DNA of 64,000 nt from Eubacteriales bacterium (GTDB lineage: Bacteria > Bacillota > Clostridia > Oscillospirales > JAAYXM01), in contig JAZQFJ010000097.1 in assembly GCA_045539475.1 (NCBI GenBank), positions 343 to 64,342 of the forward strand, given 5' to 3'. The notes beneath the pieces were generated by a model, which had not been told where the DNA came from, made no database searches, and saw only the letters and a program-made list of their open reading frames with translations. Shown piece by piece: positions 28,905-38,585 of the stretch. Position 1 is the stretch's first letter, and the number at the start of each line of letters is the position of its first letter. A program made the position numbers and the translations under genes.

Positions 28905-28933
28905 ATTATAAACATTTTGAGGTTCCTTGTCAA
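28905..28933 (-). promoter_or_regulatory. Putative cas9 promoter
   Basis: Perfect TTGACA-17 nt-TATAAT on minus strand, beyond the tracrRNA 3' end. Confidence 0.7.
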
Positions 28934-28952
28934 ATTTCCCTATGCCTTTTTA

Positions 28953-28981
28953 TTGACTGAAAACGACAAAAGGAGTATAAT
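28953..28981 (+). promoter_or_regulatory. Sigma-A promoter of MATE gene
   Basis: TTGACT-17 nt-TATAAT. Confidence 0.65.
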
Positions 28982-29016
28982 AAAATCAATAGACAAAAGA
29001 GAAAAGAGGAAGCCCG

Positions 29017-30384
29017 GTGCAAGACGAAAGAAGACAGGAAGCGCGGCGCACAATGATGCTGTCCGAGCCGATACATAAGATTATACCGAAGATGGCGATA
29101 CCAACGATTGTAGCATTTCTGATAAACTCGATTTATTCGCTTGCCGATACTTATTTTGTAAGCTCGCTCGGCACGAATGCCACGGCAGCGGTCAGCGTCA
29201 ATTCATCGCTCGATCAGCTTATAATGATGTGCGGCTCAATGCTTGCGCTTGGCGCTAACAGCTATATTGCGCGTCTTCTCGGAAAAGGCGACGACAAAAA
29301 GGCAAGCTGCGTTTTATCCACGTCTTTTTTTACGGCACTCGGAATAGGACTGCTCCTCGCAGTTTTCGGCAGTATCTTTATAACGCCGATGGTGCGGCTT
29401 TTAGGCGCGACGCCCACGTGTGAAAAGTATTCTGTGGAATATGCCGCATATGTTTTGCTTGCGGCTCCGTTTATGGCGTCAAGCTTTGTTATGAATCAAT
29501 GTCTGCGCTCTGAAGGCAGTGCAACGCTTTCGATGATAGGAATGGGCTTTGGCGGAATTCTCAACTGCATCCTTGATCCGATTTTTATTTTCGGGCTTGA
29601 TATGGGCGTTGCGGGTGCATCGCTTGCAACTGCAATTTCAAAGCTTGTGAGCTTTTCAATTCTGATTTTTCCGTACATCACCCGCCGCAGTATGCTGCAT
29701 TTATCGCTGCGCAATTTCAGCCCGACAAAGGATATTGTATATGAGGTTATAACTGTCGGATCGTCTTCTATGTCCAGGAGCGGGCTGGCTGTGGTTGCAA
29801 GCATTATGCTCAATGATCTTGCAGGAAACATTTCGGATTCCGTTCTTGCGGGAATCGGTGTCTGCACTAAGATAATGATGTTTCCGTTCAGCATCATTCT
29901 CGGCTTCGGAAGCGGGTTTCAGCCGGTTGCGGGATTCAACTGGGGCGCAAAGCGGTATGACAGGGTGCGTAAAAGCTATGGCTTTTCTTCCGCGGTTGCG
30001 CTTGCCGGCTCAATTACCATGGGGATTGTCCTTGCTGTATTTGCAGACTGGCTTATCGTGAAGTTTGCCGGAACTGATATGGAAATGCGCAGAATAGGCG
30101 CCTTGTGCATACGCCTGCAGTGTATTGCGCTTCCGATACACGCATGGGTGGCGGTTGTCAATATGCTGTGCAACAGCCTCGGGAACGCCGGCGGAGCTTT
30201 TTTGCTTGCAACCTCGCGGCAGGGAAGCTGCTTCATACCGATTTTATATCCTCTTGCACATATTTTCGGTGCAGTGGGAGTTGCCGCCGCACAGGCAGTG
30301 GCAGATGTTCTTACGCTTTTGCTCGCCGTGCCGATAATGATTTTCGTAACAAGGAAAATAAAACGCGCAGAAAAAGAAGGTTAA
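29017..30384 (+). CDS. MATE family efflux transporter
   Basis: ~12 TM; DTYFV, LRSEG, NCILDPIFIF, GFNWGAK motifs. Confidence 0.93.
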   Translation: MQDERRQEARRTMMLSEPIHKIIPKMAIPTIVAFLINSIYSLADTYFVSSLGTNATAAVSVNSSLDQLIMMCGSMLALGANSYIARLLGKGDDKKASCVLSTSFFTALGIGLLLAVFGSIFITPMVRLLGATPTCEKYSVEYAAYVLLAAPFMASSFVMNQCLRSEGSATLSMIGMGFGGILNCILDPIFIFGLDMGVAGASLATAISKLVSFSILIFPYITRRSMLHLSLRNFSPTKDIVYEVITVGSSSMSRSGLAVVASIMLNDLAGNISDSVLAGIGVCTKIMMFPFSIILGFGSGFQPVAGFNWGAKRYDRVRKSYGFSSAVALAGSITMGIVLAVFADWLIVKFAGTDMEMRRIGALCIRLQCIALPIHAWVAVVNMLCNSLGNAGGAFLLATSRQGSCFIPILYPLAHIFGAVGVAAAQAVADVLTLLLAVPIMIFVTRKIKRAEKEG

Positions 30385-30390
30385 AAAGCT

Positions 30391-30417
30391 CAAAAGCCGC
30401 CCATCAGGCGGCTTTTG
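30391..30417. terminator. Bidirectional terminator
   Basis: aaaagccgcc/ggcggctttt inverted repeat between convergent genes. Confidence 0.8.
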
Positions 30418-31281
30418 CTATACCGTTACTTTTTCAGAAACACTTGCGGAATACTCTTTTACACCGGTTACGGTCTCGCCGTCCACCTGCATAGCGCACG
30501 GCTTGTCGTAGATGATAGTTACTTCCTTTGCTGTATATTGCTTTATGTATTTTTTGAACTTTATATGCTCGCCTTTAAAAATAGTGGGAAGAATTGTCAA
30601 AAGGCGGAGCTTCCCGCATCCGTGAGCGACAAGGACGGTAAGCTCTTCGTCCTCACGCCGGCGCGTCGGCGCAACCATCATTCCGCCGCCAAAAAATCGT
30701 CCTTTCATTGTCGGGGTAAGCCAAACGCGCTCGAAGCGGTGCTCAATACCGTCGAGAATGACGGTTGCGTTTACCGGCTTGAATTTAAAGAGAATTGCCT
30801 CGACGGCAATGGCGGTATAATTTATCTTTTTACCGGTCTTTTTTCTGCGCTCATTTCCGAGCTGACACACAAATCCGTCAAGCCCGTAGCCGATGCCGTT
30901 GATGAATCTGCGCCTTTGTCCGTCCAGACACATATACGGAAGATCGCGTATGTATTCGTTTATGCAAAAAGGCTCAGAACCGTTTGGCTTGTCAAGATCG
31001 TGCAGAAAATCGTTTCCGCTGCCGATTGCATAATAGAGAATATTGTTTTTCACTTCAATTCCGTCGATAGAGTTTACAAATCGGCTGAGCGTTCCGTCAC
31101 CGCCGCAGATGATAACTTCATCTTCGAAATCAAGTGAAGCAAAAAAAACATCCCAGTCAGAAATCTTCGTAAGGTCTTGGTAAATAAGCTCGTGACCGAT
31201 ATACAGCGCATAGAGTTTCTTTGCATTTTCTGCACCGTGTTCATCTCCTGCGTGCGGATTGTATAAAATATATTTTCTCAT
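30418..31281 (-). CDS. Diacylglycerol kinase family lipid kinase (YegS/DgkB-like)
   Basis: NPHAG, GGDGT, GSGNDF, GYGLDG, QVDGE; start set at MRKYIL. Confidence 0.88.
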   Translation of the reverse strand: MRKYILYNPHAGDEHGAENAKKLYALYIGHELIYQDLTKISDWDVFFASLDFEDEVIICGGDGTLSRFVNSIDGIEVKNNILYYAIGSGNDFLHDLDKPNGSEPFCINEYIRDLPYMCLDGQRRRFINGIGYGLDGFVCQLGNERRKKTGKKINYTAIAVEAILFKFKPVNATVILDGIEHRFERVWLTPTMKGRFFGGGMMVAPTRRREDEELTVLVAHGCGKLRLLTILPTIFKGEHIKFKKYIKQYTAKEVTIIYDKPCAMQVDGETVTGVKEYSASVSEKVTV

Positions 31282-31360
31282 ATTCCCATCACCCTTATGT
31301 CGAACTATGTCTATTATACTTGAAATGTGCAAAAATTTCAAGTACAAGTGCTTCTGGATG

Positions 31361-31389
31361 TTGATTTTGTGCAAATTGTGTGCTATAAT
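31361..31389 (+). promoter_or_regulatory. Sigma-A promoter heading the DGC/polysaccharide cluster
   Basis: TTGATT-17 nt-TATAAT with TG extension. Confidence 0.55.
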
Positions 31390-31482
31390 TAAATAGCATA
31401 TATAATACAATGCCATAGTTATATATTGCGGGCGTGTATCACACAAAATTTTTTGTGTGATGTAATGATTAGAAGAAAGAAG

Positions 31483-33789
31483 ATGCAGATAAAAATGGCA
31501 ATAACTTATGAAAGAAAAAAGCAAAAGCACAGTAACATTTTATACACAATTATCACTGCGGTTTTAATATGTGCGGTTTTTTTGGCTATGGTTACGACTT
31601 TTTACATCAAGGCTGAGGACGATGCTTATGAAATGCTTCATATCCAGACAAAGCAGATAAAAGACGATTTAACCTTGCAGCTAAAATCGGACAGAGAAAA
31701 TCTTGTTACGATGGCAAGCTTTGCAGCAAAGCTTTACTCAGACGGTGAAAGCTATAACCTTATGTTTGAATCGTTTAAACCCATTGGCTTGCTTTCTAAT
31801 ATTGGTATATTAAATCCCGATAATACCTTTGTTACAAAAATGGGCTCGGTTAATCTGAACGGCAAAATTTCTTTTTCGGAGGAAGCTGCGCGCGGAGAAT
31901 ACATAAGCGGAAGAATCCCCGATCTTACGAGTGATGGAAAAGAACTTATAAGAAGCGCAGTTCCTATTAAAGTGAATGGAAAAACAGTTGGCATTTTATA
32001 CGGTGTAATTCCGCTTGACACGATAGGTGAAAAATATAACAATATGGCAAAAGAGCTTGATGCTCAGCTTTTTGTTTATGATAAAAAAACAGGAAAATTT
32101 GTTATAGACACACTGGGTAAAAACCCCGGCGAACTGTCGGATTTTAAGGACAGAGAATATAATAACGGATATTCTTATGAAGAGTTAGCTAACAATGATA
32201 AAGGCTATTCTTCGTTCAGGTCGATACTTACAGGGGAGGATTTGTACATTCATTATTCCACCCTTGAGGATTTTGGCTGGGGACTTATGCTTGCACGTTA
32301 TGAAAATCAGGTGTTTGCGGAAACGCATAAAATATCCCGCAATCTGTTTATTGTTTTTGCTTCAATCATTCTGATTGTATTAATTTACCTTGAGCTGATA
32401 TTAAACAGCGAAAAGAAAAGATCAAAATTAAATTCAGAAGCTTCAACCATCAGACATCTTCTTTTAGAAATAAACCAACAGCACGAAAACATAAATTCGG
32501 CTTTAAAGCGAATAAAAGAGTTTTCGAGTGCACGTTCCTGCTTTTTTGCGGATACCGACGGAGAAGATCATTACTATATCAGACCTTCTTTAAAAGAAAA
32601 ACGTTTGTTGGGAGACGAAAGAAAATATTTTATCGGTGAGCTTTTCAGGTATGCCGCGAAAATCCATACCGGCGATTCTTCTACAGGCTTTATGCGAATT
32701 ATTCCGAACGGACATCTTCTGAAAACGAATCCGGAATTATATCACTTTTTGTTAAATAACAGCATCAAAGATGTATCTTTTGCTATTATAACTGACAAAA
32801 ATAACCATGTCAGCATCCTGGGAACAATAAATCCCAAGAGAAGCTCCGATATCAGAAAGCTTATTGAAGATGTTGTAATTTGCTTTTCAATCGCTATATA
32901 CAACAAAAAACATCTTAACAGAACGGAGCTTGCCGCAACAACGGATGCACTTACCGGAGCTTTAAACCGTGTTGCATACAAAAAGGATATCCTGATGTTT
33001 GATAAAGAAAAACCGGAAGAATTTTCATGCATTTATATTGATGTTAATGAGCTTCACATCAGAAACAACAAGTACGGGCACGCCGCAGGCGATGAGATGC
33101 TTATCTATATTGCCAATTCGTTAAAAGAAGTGTTCTTCGGACATAGCATTTACCGTATGGGCGGCGATGAGTTCTTAGTATTCACAAAGAAAATCTCACA
33201 GAACGATGTCAAGCAGAATATAGAGACATTTATTGAGCAATTGAAGCCTATGGGTTACAATGTGGCTATCGGTATGTCTTACAGAATGAAAAACACAAAC
33301 TGCGAGGAAATGGTAAGAGAAGCTGAAGTAAGAATGTATGAAGCAAAGGCTCAGTATTATCAGAACAAAGAGCAGATAAGCATTTCTGAAGACAAAGACA
33401 AAAATTATGTTTACACGAAAACAGGAATAAGAGAAATTGATACTATGATATCCGTTATGAAAGAGCATTACAACGGCATATACAGAGTGTCGCTTGAAAG
33501 TGACAATGCTCACAGAATTCTTATGCCTGCTTATCTCGGTTACAAGGAGGATGAAGAAAACTTCTCAAAGTTGCTCTCAAAATACATTCACGATATTGTT
33601 CATCCTGATTTTAACAGAGCTGTTATGAGCTTCTTGAATTATGATGCAATAAAAAGGCAGATTTCGGAAGGTAAAACACCGTCAATTACATACAAAAAGA
33701 CACATGGCGAAACGGTTACGCTCAGCGTATACAACCTGACCAACGATAAAGATAATGTAAAAGATACTCTTTGGGTTTTTGCCAAATAA
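31483..33789 (+). CDS. Membrane sensor diguanylate cyclase (TM-Cache-like-TM-GAF-like-GGDEF-PAS-like)
   Basis: TDALTGALNR, DVNELHIRNNKYGHAAGD, intact RMGGDEF; two TMs flanking an extracellular domain; domain names other than GGDEF are tentative. Confidence 0.88.
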   Translation: MQIKMAITYERKKQKHSNILYTIITAVLICAVFLAMVTTFYIKAEDDAYEMLHIQTKQIKDDLTLQLKSDRENLVTMASFAAKLYSDGESYNLMFESFKPIGLLSNIGILNPDNTFVTKMGSVNLNGKISFSEEAARGEYISGRIPDLTSDGKELIRSAVPIKVNGKTVGILYGVIPLDTIGEKYNNMAKELDAQLFVYDKKTGKFVIDTLGKNPGELSDFKDREYNNGYSYEELANNDKGYSSFRSILTGEDLYIHYSTLEDFGWGLMLARYENQVFAETHKISRNLFIVFASIILIVLIYLELILNSEKKRSKLNSEASTIRHLLLEINQQHENINSALKRIKEFSSARSCFFADTDGEDHYYIRPSLKEKRLLGDERKYFIGELFRYAAKIHTGDSSTGFMRIIPNGHLLKTNPELYHFLLNNSIKDVSFAIITDKNNHVSILGTINPKRSSDIRKLIEDVVICFSIAIYNKKHLNRTELAATTDALTGALNRVAYKKDILMFDKEKPEEFSCIYIDVNELHIRNNKYGHAAGDEMLIYIANSLKEVFFGHSIYRMGGDEFLVFTKKISQNDVKQNIETFIEQLKPMGYNVAIGMSYRMKNTNCEEMVREAEVRMYEAKAQYYQNKEQISISEDKDKNYVYTKTGIREIDTMISVMKEHYNGIYRVSLESDNAHRILMPAYLGYKEDEENFSKLLSKYIHDIVHPDFNRAVMSFLNYDAIKRQISEGKTPSITYKKTHGETVTLSVYNLTNDKDNVKDTLWVFAK

Positions 33790-34201
33790 TAAAGTCGATA
33801 GCAAACGGAGGAATCATGAATTGACACTGCAAGTAATCAGGTTCGCAATTGTGGGAGCAATTTCCGCTTTTGTGGATGTGGGAGTTCTTGTTGCATTAAA
33901 AGAGCTTTTGTGCGTGGATGTCCTTATTTCTTCCGCAATCTCTTTTTGCGTTTCCGTCACGGTAAACTATTTTTTGAGTATGACCTTTGTTTTTAAAGGT
34001 AAAAATCAAAGTAAGCTTTATGAATTTATAATTTTTGTATTGCTTAGTCTTGGAGGACTGATGTTAAATCAGTTGATTTTGTGGATTGGTGTTAAATTTA
34101 CGTCCGTATATTACCTTGCAGTGAAATTTTTTGCTATGGTAATTGTGCCGTTTTATAACTTCATAACAAGAAAAATGTTTCTTGAGTCAAAGAGAAAATG
34201 A
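33779..34201 (+). CDS. GtrA-family small flippase
   Basis: RFAIVG, NYFLS..FVF, NFITRKMF; 4 TMs; start uncertain. Confidence 0.85.
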   Translation: MPNNKVDSKRRNHELTLQVIRFAIVGAISAFVDVGVLVALKELLCVDVLISSAISFCVSVTVNYFLSMTFVFKGKNQSKLYEFIIFVLLSLGGLMLNQLILWIGVKFTSVYYLAVKFFAMVIVPFYNFITRKMFLESKRK

Positions 34202-34213
34202 GTGTGAAACGTT

Positions 34214-34756
34214 ATGAACAATGTTTTCAAAAAAGATTTATACAGATATTACGGCGAAAACAGAGCTCCGCTTTTGAAAAAGATATTCGCGCCGCTTGAA
34301 TTAAAATACATATCTGTGTTCAGAAAAGCAAATATGTGCAAAGTTTTGCCTCTGAAGATTTTTTATATGTTAAGGCTTATGTATTTGTCGCATAGGACAC
34401 ATATTCAGATTCCGGCGCGAACGCGCATCGGAGAAGGCTTCTATATCGGACATCTCGGCCGTGTTGTAATTCACCCCGATGCAGTTTTAGGTAAAAATAT
34501 AAATGTTGGCACAGGTGTTACAATAGGTATGGAAAATCGCGGAAAAAGAAAAGGTGCGCCGCAAATCGGTGATAATTGCTGGATTGGAACAAATGCCGTT
34601 GTAGTTGGAAATGTTAAAATCGGCAGTGACGTTCTTATCGCGCCGCTATGCTATGTCAATTTCGATGTTCCGGACCACAGTGTTGTCATAGGAAACCCCG
34701 GAAAAATAATTTCCAAAGAAAATGCAACTGCAGATTACGTCTGTAACCGCGTATAA
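34214..34756 (+). CDS. Hexapeptide-repeat O-acetyltransferase (CysE/WcaB-like)
   Basis: IGEGFYIGH, GAPQIGDNCWIG, VVIGNPGKII. Confidence 0.88.
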   Translation: MNNVFKKDLYRYYGENRAPLLKKIFAPLELKYISVFRKANMCKVLPLKIFYMLRLMYLSHRTHIQIPARTRIGEGFYIGHLGRVVIHPDAVLGKNINVGTGVTIGMENRGKRKGAPQIGDNCWIGTNAVVVGNVKIGSDVLIAPLCYVNFDVPDHSVVIGNPGKIISKENATADYVCNRV

Positions 34757-34796
34757 AATCCGGATTGAGTTTGTTTCAGGGTAGGGAGGTGCCAAG

Positions 34797-36311
34797 GTGG
34801 AAGAAAAAGACTCCAGAATTAAAAACAATCTGGTATCGTCGCTTGTGTATCAGGTTGTGCTTATAACACTCAGCTTTCTTTTGCCGAGATTGTACCTTGA
34901 GAATTTTGGCTCAGAGGTCAATGGAGTTCTTTCTACGATCAAGCAGATTTTTACATATATGTGCCTTCTTGAGGCTGGCGTGGGGCTTGCCACAACTCAG
35001 GCATTGTATAAGAAAATCGGCGAAAAGGATTACGAGAGTGCAAGCTCGGTTCTTTCGGCGACCAACGTTTATTACATTAAAACCGGAATAGTATACCTCC
35101 TTATTGTTTTTGTCATTGCGGCAGTGTATTCTTGCGCAGTATCGACATCAATAAACAGTGCTGTGCTGTTTTTTATCATTATATTGAATGCAATTCCGAG
35201 CCTGTTCAGTTATTTTGTTCAGGCAAAATACAGAATCCTTATGGAGGTGGATGGCAGAAGGTATGTAATTAACAATGCTGAAACAGTGCTTCAACTTGCT
35301 TCAAACGCAGGGAAAATACTTGTTCTGCTCCTTACTGACAGCCTCGTTCTTATCCAATTGGTTTATTGCATAATTGCTCTTTTGCAGCTTGGCTTTTTGT
35401 ATATATACGCAAAGCGCAGATATATATGGCTTAATTTAAAGGCAAAGCCGGATTTTGATGCCATCTCTCAGAAAAATTCTGTTTTGGTGCATCAGCTTTC
35501 GGGAATGGTGTTCAACAACACCGATGTGATACTCATTTCTCTCCTTTGTGATTTTAAGGCAGTAAGTATCTATGCCATATACAATATCTTCTTTTCACAG
35601 GTGCAGAATTTCATAACGAATGTTGTTTCGTCCTTCACTTTTGCTTTGGGACAGATGTTTAATACAGACAGAGAAAAGTTTGACAAGCTGTTTAATGCAT
35701 ATGAAACCTTTTATATAATGATAACCTGCGTGATTTACACGCTCATGGCGGTGTTTTTGCTGCCTTTGATACAGATATATACAAGCGGAATAAATGATGC
35801 AGAGTATACAAATACATTTCTGTTGTTGCTGTTTGCAATAATGAATTTGCTTGCGTGCGGCAAGCTTCCTGCAACAGGTATCATTGAATATTCAGGAGCT
35901 TTTGAAAAAACCCGTTCTCATGCAATATTGGAAATGGTTATTAATATAACAGTTTCAGTTGTGGCAATTGCATATATGGGAATATGCGGAGCAATTCTCG
36001 GAACAATTGCAGCGCTTGTATATCGCGGGATAGTAACGATTTATTATTCAAATAGGAAAATTCTGAAAAGAAAACAAAGCTGTACATACAAAATCCTGAT
36101 TTCAAACTGGGCAGTTTTCGCTTTGGTTATGGCGGTGTTTTTTGTTGATACATTCAGCAATATGTCTTTTCTGCGGCTTTTGCTGAATGGAATAATCCAT
36201 TCAATATGGATTGCCGGGGTATACTTGCTTGTCAATTTTGCATTTAACAGGTCTGCGTTTAAAACGCTTTTTGAATTGTATAAGGGGAAAAGGGCATATG
36301 AGCATTCCTAA
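34797..36311 (+). CDS. Wzx-type polysaccharide flippase
   Basis: Multi-TM; FGSEVNG, LEAGVG, NTDVILIS motifs. Confidence 0.82.
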   Translation: MEEKDSRIKNNLVSSLVYQVVLITLSFLLPRLYLENFGSEVNGVLSTIKQIFTYMCLLEAGVGLATTQALYKKIGEKDYESASSVLSATNVYYIKTGIVYLLIVFVIAAVYSCAVSTSINSAVLFFIIILNAIPSLFSYFVQAKYRILMEVDGRRYVINNAETVLQLASNAGKILVLLLTDSLVLIQLVYCIIALLQLGFLYIYAKRRYIWLNLKAKPDFDAISQKNSVLVHQLSGMVFNNTDVILISLLCDFKAVSIYAIYNIFFSQVQNFITNVVSSFTFALGQMFNTDREKFDKLFNAYETFYIMITCVIYTLMAVFLLPLIQIYTSGINDAEYTNTFLLLLFAIMNLLACGKLPATGIIEYSGAFEKTRSHAILEMVINITVSVVAIAYMGICGAILGTIAALVYRGIVTIYYSNRKILKRKQSCTYKILISNWAVFALVMAVFFVDTFSNMSFLRLLLNGIIHSIWIAGVYLLVNFAFNRSAFKTLFELYKGKRAYEHS

Positions 36312-37032
36312 AGTGATTTATTATTGCTGGTTTGGAAAGGGAAAACTTCCGAAACTTGCACAAAAATGTATAAAAAGCTGGAAAAAATACTGTCCCGATT
36401 ACAGAATAGTCTGCATAAATGAAGAGAATTTTGATGTGAGTCAGAACAGATATGCCGCGGAGGCATATAAAGCCGGTAAGTGGGCGTTTGTCAGCGATTA
36501 TGCCCGGCTTTGTGTGATTTATGACAATGGCGGAATTTATCTGGATACAGACGTTGAGCTTATAAAGCCTCTTGATAAGCTTGTTGAAGAAAGCGGATAT
36601 ATGGGCTTTGACGATAACGGAATAATTTCAACAGGACTCGGCTTTGCATGCGAAAAGGGAAGTGAATTAATTGCCGCGTTGCTTGCGGATTATGAAGGAA
36701 TCCCTTTTATTCTTCCTGACGGCACATATGACATCACCCCCTGTCCTGAGAGAAACACAGAAACTTTGATAAAGCTCGGAATGGACATTGCCGATAAAGA
36801 TCAGGTGTTTATGGGAATGCGGATGCTGCCTGAAGATTATCTATGTCCGATGAAATATTACAGCGGAAGAAAAATAATAACCGAAAACACGTATTCAATA
36901 CATCATTTTTGTGCATCGTGGATATCTCCGACAGCAAAGAGAACGCTGTTTGTAAAACGGATTGTCGGTGTAAAGCTGTATGATAAGCTGTACGGAAAAT
37001 TTTTGCATAAATTCAAGTGGTTGGAGTGGTAA
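36298..37032 (+). CDS. GT32 (Och1-like) glycosyltransferase
   Basis: IPKVIYYCWFG, AFVSDYARL, GGIYLDTDV, IHHFCASW. Confidence 0.88.
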   Translation: MSIPKVIYYCWFGKGKLPKLAQKCIKSWKKYCPDYRIVCINEENFDVSQNRYAAEAYKAGKWAFVSDYARLCVIYDNGGIYLDTDVELIKPLDKLVEESGYMGFDDNGIISTGLGFACEKGSELIAALLADYEGIPFILPDGTYDITPCPERNTETLIKLGMDIADKDQVFMGMRMLPEDYLCPMKYYSGRKIITENTYSIHHFCASWISPTAKRTLFVKRIVGVKLYDKLYGKFLHKFKWLEW

Positions 37033-38585
37033 ACTTGCCTGAGAGAGCATTGAAAAAACTTAATGCATATATTTTGCCTGAGTGGAAGGTCTGTTTTTTT
37101 GCGGCTCTCGTGGTTGGCATACTTTCTCATCTGTATAAAATAACAAACTGGCTTCCTAATTGGGATTCGCTTGTGTTCAGATACGATTCGCAGAATATGA
37201 TTGGTCTCGGACGGTGGTTTTTGCCCGTTGTCTGTTCGTTCAGTTCGTTTTATGATTTACCATTTTTAAACGGTATTGTGGCAATTCTGTTTCATGCACT
37301 CGGCGCTGTTTGTATCTGCAGAATACTCAATGTCCGAAAAAAAATTACCGCATTTCTAATAGGAGCAGTAATTGTTTCGTTTCCTACGGTTACATCTGTT
37401 ATGATGTACAACTACGTGGCAGACGGCTACAGTATAGCGTTTTTTCTTTCAACGCTCGCGGCGCTGCATATGACTAAAGGAAAGAACGGATATATTATCT
37501 CAGCTGTGCTTATCGCGTTGTCAGTGGGTATTTATCAGGCGTATATTACCGTTACAATAATGCTTGTTTTATTTTGGCTGATTGATGAAATAATTTATAA
37601 TCACGAAGCTTTCGTGAATGTTCTGAAAAAAAGCGTGTGTATGATGCTGTCCGGAATATCCGGTATGGTACTGTATGGCATTATTCTAAAAGTGATTCTT
37701 GGTGTTTCTTCTGCAGAGTTGCTTGATTATCAGGGAATAAATTCAACGGTATCTTTGGCGAATATAGACCTGCCCGGCTCGCTTTATGCAGTAAAAGAAA
37801 CTTTTGTTAACTGCTTTTTTGATTTATCGGAAGGCGTAAATGTATATGTTGTTTTGAATGTTTTTATTTTGCTGTTCACACTTTCTCATTATGTTAAGTA
37901 TATAGTGAGAAATGAAATTTACAGGAAAACCATTAATGTTTTTGCTGTTGCACTCTTAGCAGTCGCGCTTATATTCGGAGCCGGTGCGCTGGCATTTGCA
38001 AATCCGGAAATTGATTATCACAATCTTATGCTTATGGGTTATTCCGTCTTTTATATATTTTTCATTATCCTTTATGAGAGGGGAAACGATACAAACGAAA
38101 GACATACCTGCATCAAGTGCTGGATTGTGCTGATAGCATCGGCGGCAATAATCACAAATCAGGTTGTTATATCAAATGTGAGTTATCATAAGGCGCAAAT
38201 CGCCTATGAAAAGTCATACGGTGTTCTTATGCGTATAGCAGACCGCATAGAAAAAACGCCCGGTGCGGAAAAATGCGATAGGCTTCTTGTTATCGGGGCA
38301 CTTAAAAACAGCGAAAGATACAGCGTTAACCTCTCGCCGGACATTACCGGAATAACGGATGGATATATAATCCGCGCAGATGATGAAACGGTAGGTCAGA
38401 GCGTGCTCAGCAGCGCACTCCGCGACTATTGTGAAATGGATTACGAGATTGTGAGCGGAGAAGAAAAAAAGATGCTGGCACAGAACGAAAAGATTGAAGC
38501 TATGGGCGAATGGCCGGCAAAGGACTGTGTGGTAGCAGTGGATGGCACGATAGTGATAAAGCTTGGAACAGAAGGTGAGTGTTAA
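37017..38585 (+). CDS. GtrII-family (GT-C) membrane glucosyltransferase
   Basis: GRWF and SVGIYQAY motifs, ~10 TMs plus C-terminal extracellular domain ending WP..D..IVIKL. Confidence 0.75.
   Translation: MVGVVNLPERALKKLNAYILPEWKVCFFAALVVGILSHLYKITNWLPNWDSLVFRYDSQNMIGLGRWFLPVVCSFSSFYDLPFLNGIVAILFHALGAVCICRILNVRKKITAFLIGAVIVSFPTVTSVMMYNYVADGYSIAFFLSTLAALHMTKGKNGYIISAVLIALSVGIYQAYITVTIMLVLFWLIDEIIYNHEAFVNVLKKSVCMMLSGISGMVLYGIILKVILGVSSAELLDYQGINSTVSLANIDLPGSLYAVKETFVNCFFDLSEGVNVYVVLNVFILLFTLSHYVKYIVRNEIYRKTINVFAVALLAVALIFGAGALAFANPEIDYHNLMLMGYSVFYIFFIILYERGNDTNERHTCIKCWIVLIASAAIITNQVVISNVSYHKAQIAYEKSYGVLMRIADRIEKTPGAEKCDRLLVIGALKNSERYSVNLSPDITGITDGYIIRADDETVGQSVLSSALRDYCEMDYEIVSGEEKKMLAQNEKIEAMGEWPAKDCVVAVDGTIVIKLGTEGEC

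Noticed and set aside
28911-28927. Leader-derived extraneous crRNA targeting the cas9 promoter (both contain TTTGAG followed by GTT)
   Set aside because: Only 6 contiguous seed nucleotides match, which is expected by chance in AT-rich DNA
30415-31137. Plus-strand 240-aa ORF
   Set aside because: Antisense to the diacylglycerol kinase family gene, no motifs
31282-31482. c-di-GMP (GEMM) riboswitch ahead of the cluster
   Set aside because: The intergenic region is AT-rich with no recognisable GEMM stems; a covariance-model search would be needed to exclude it fully
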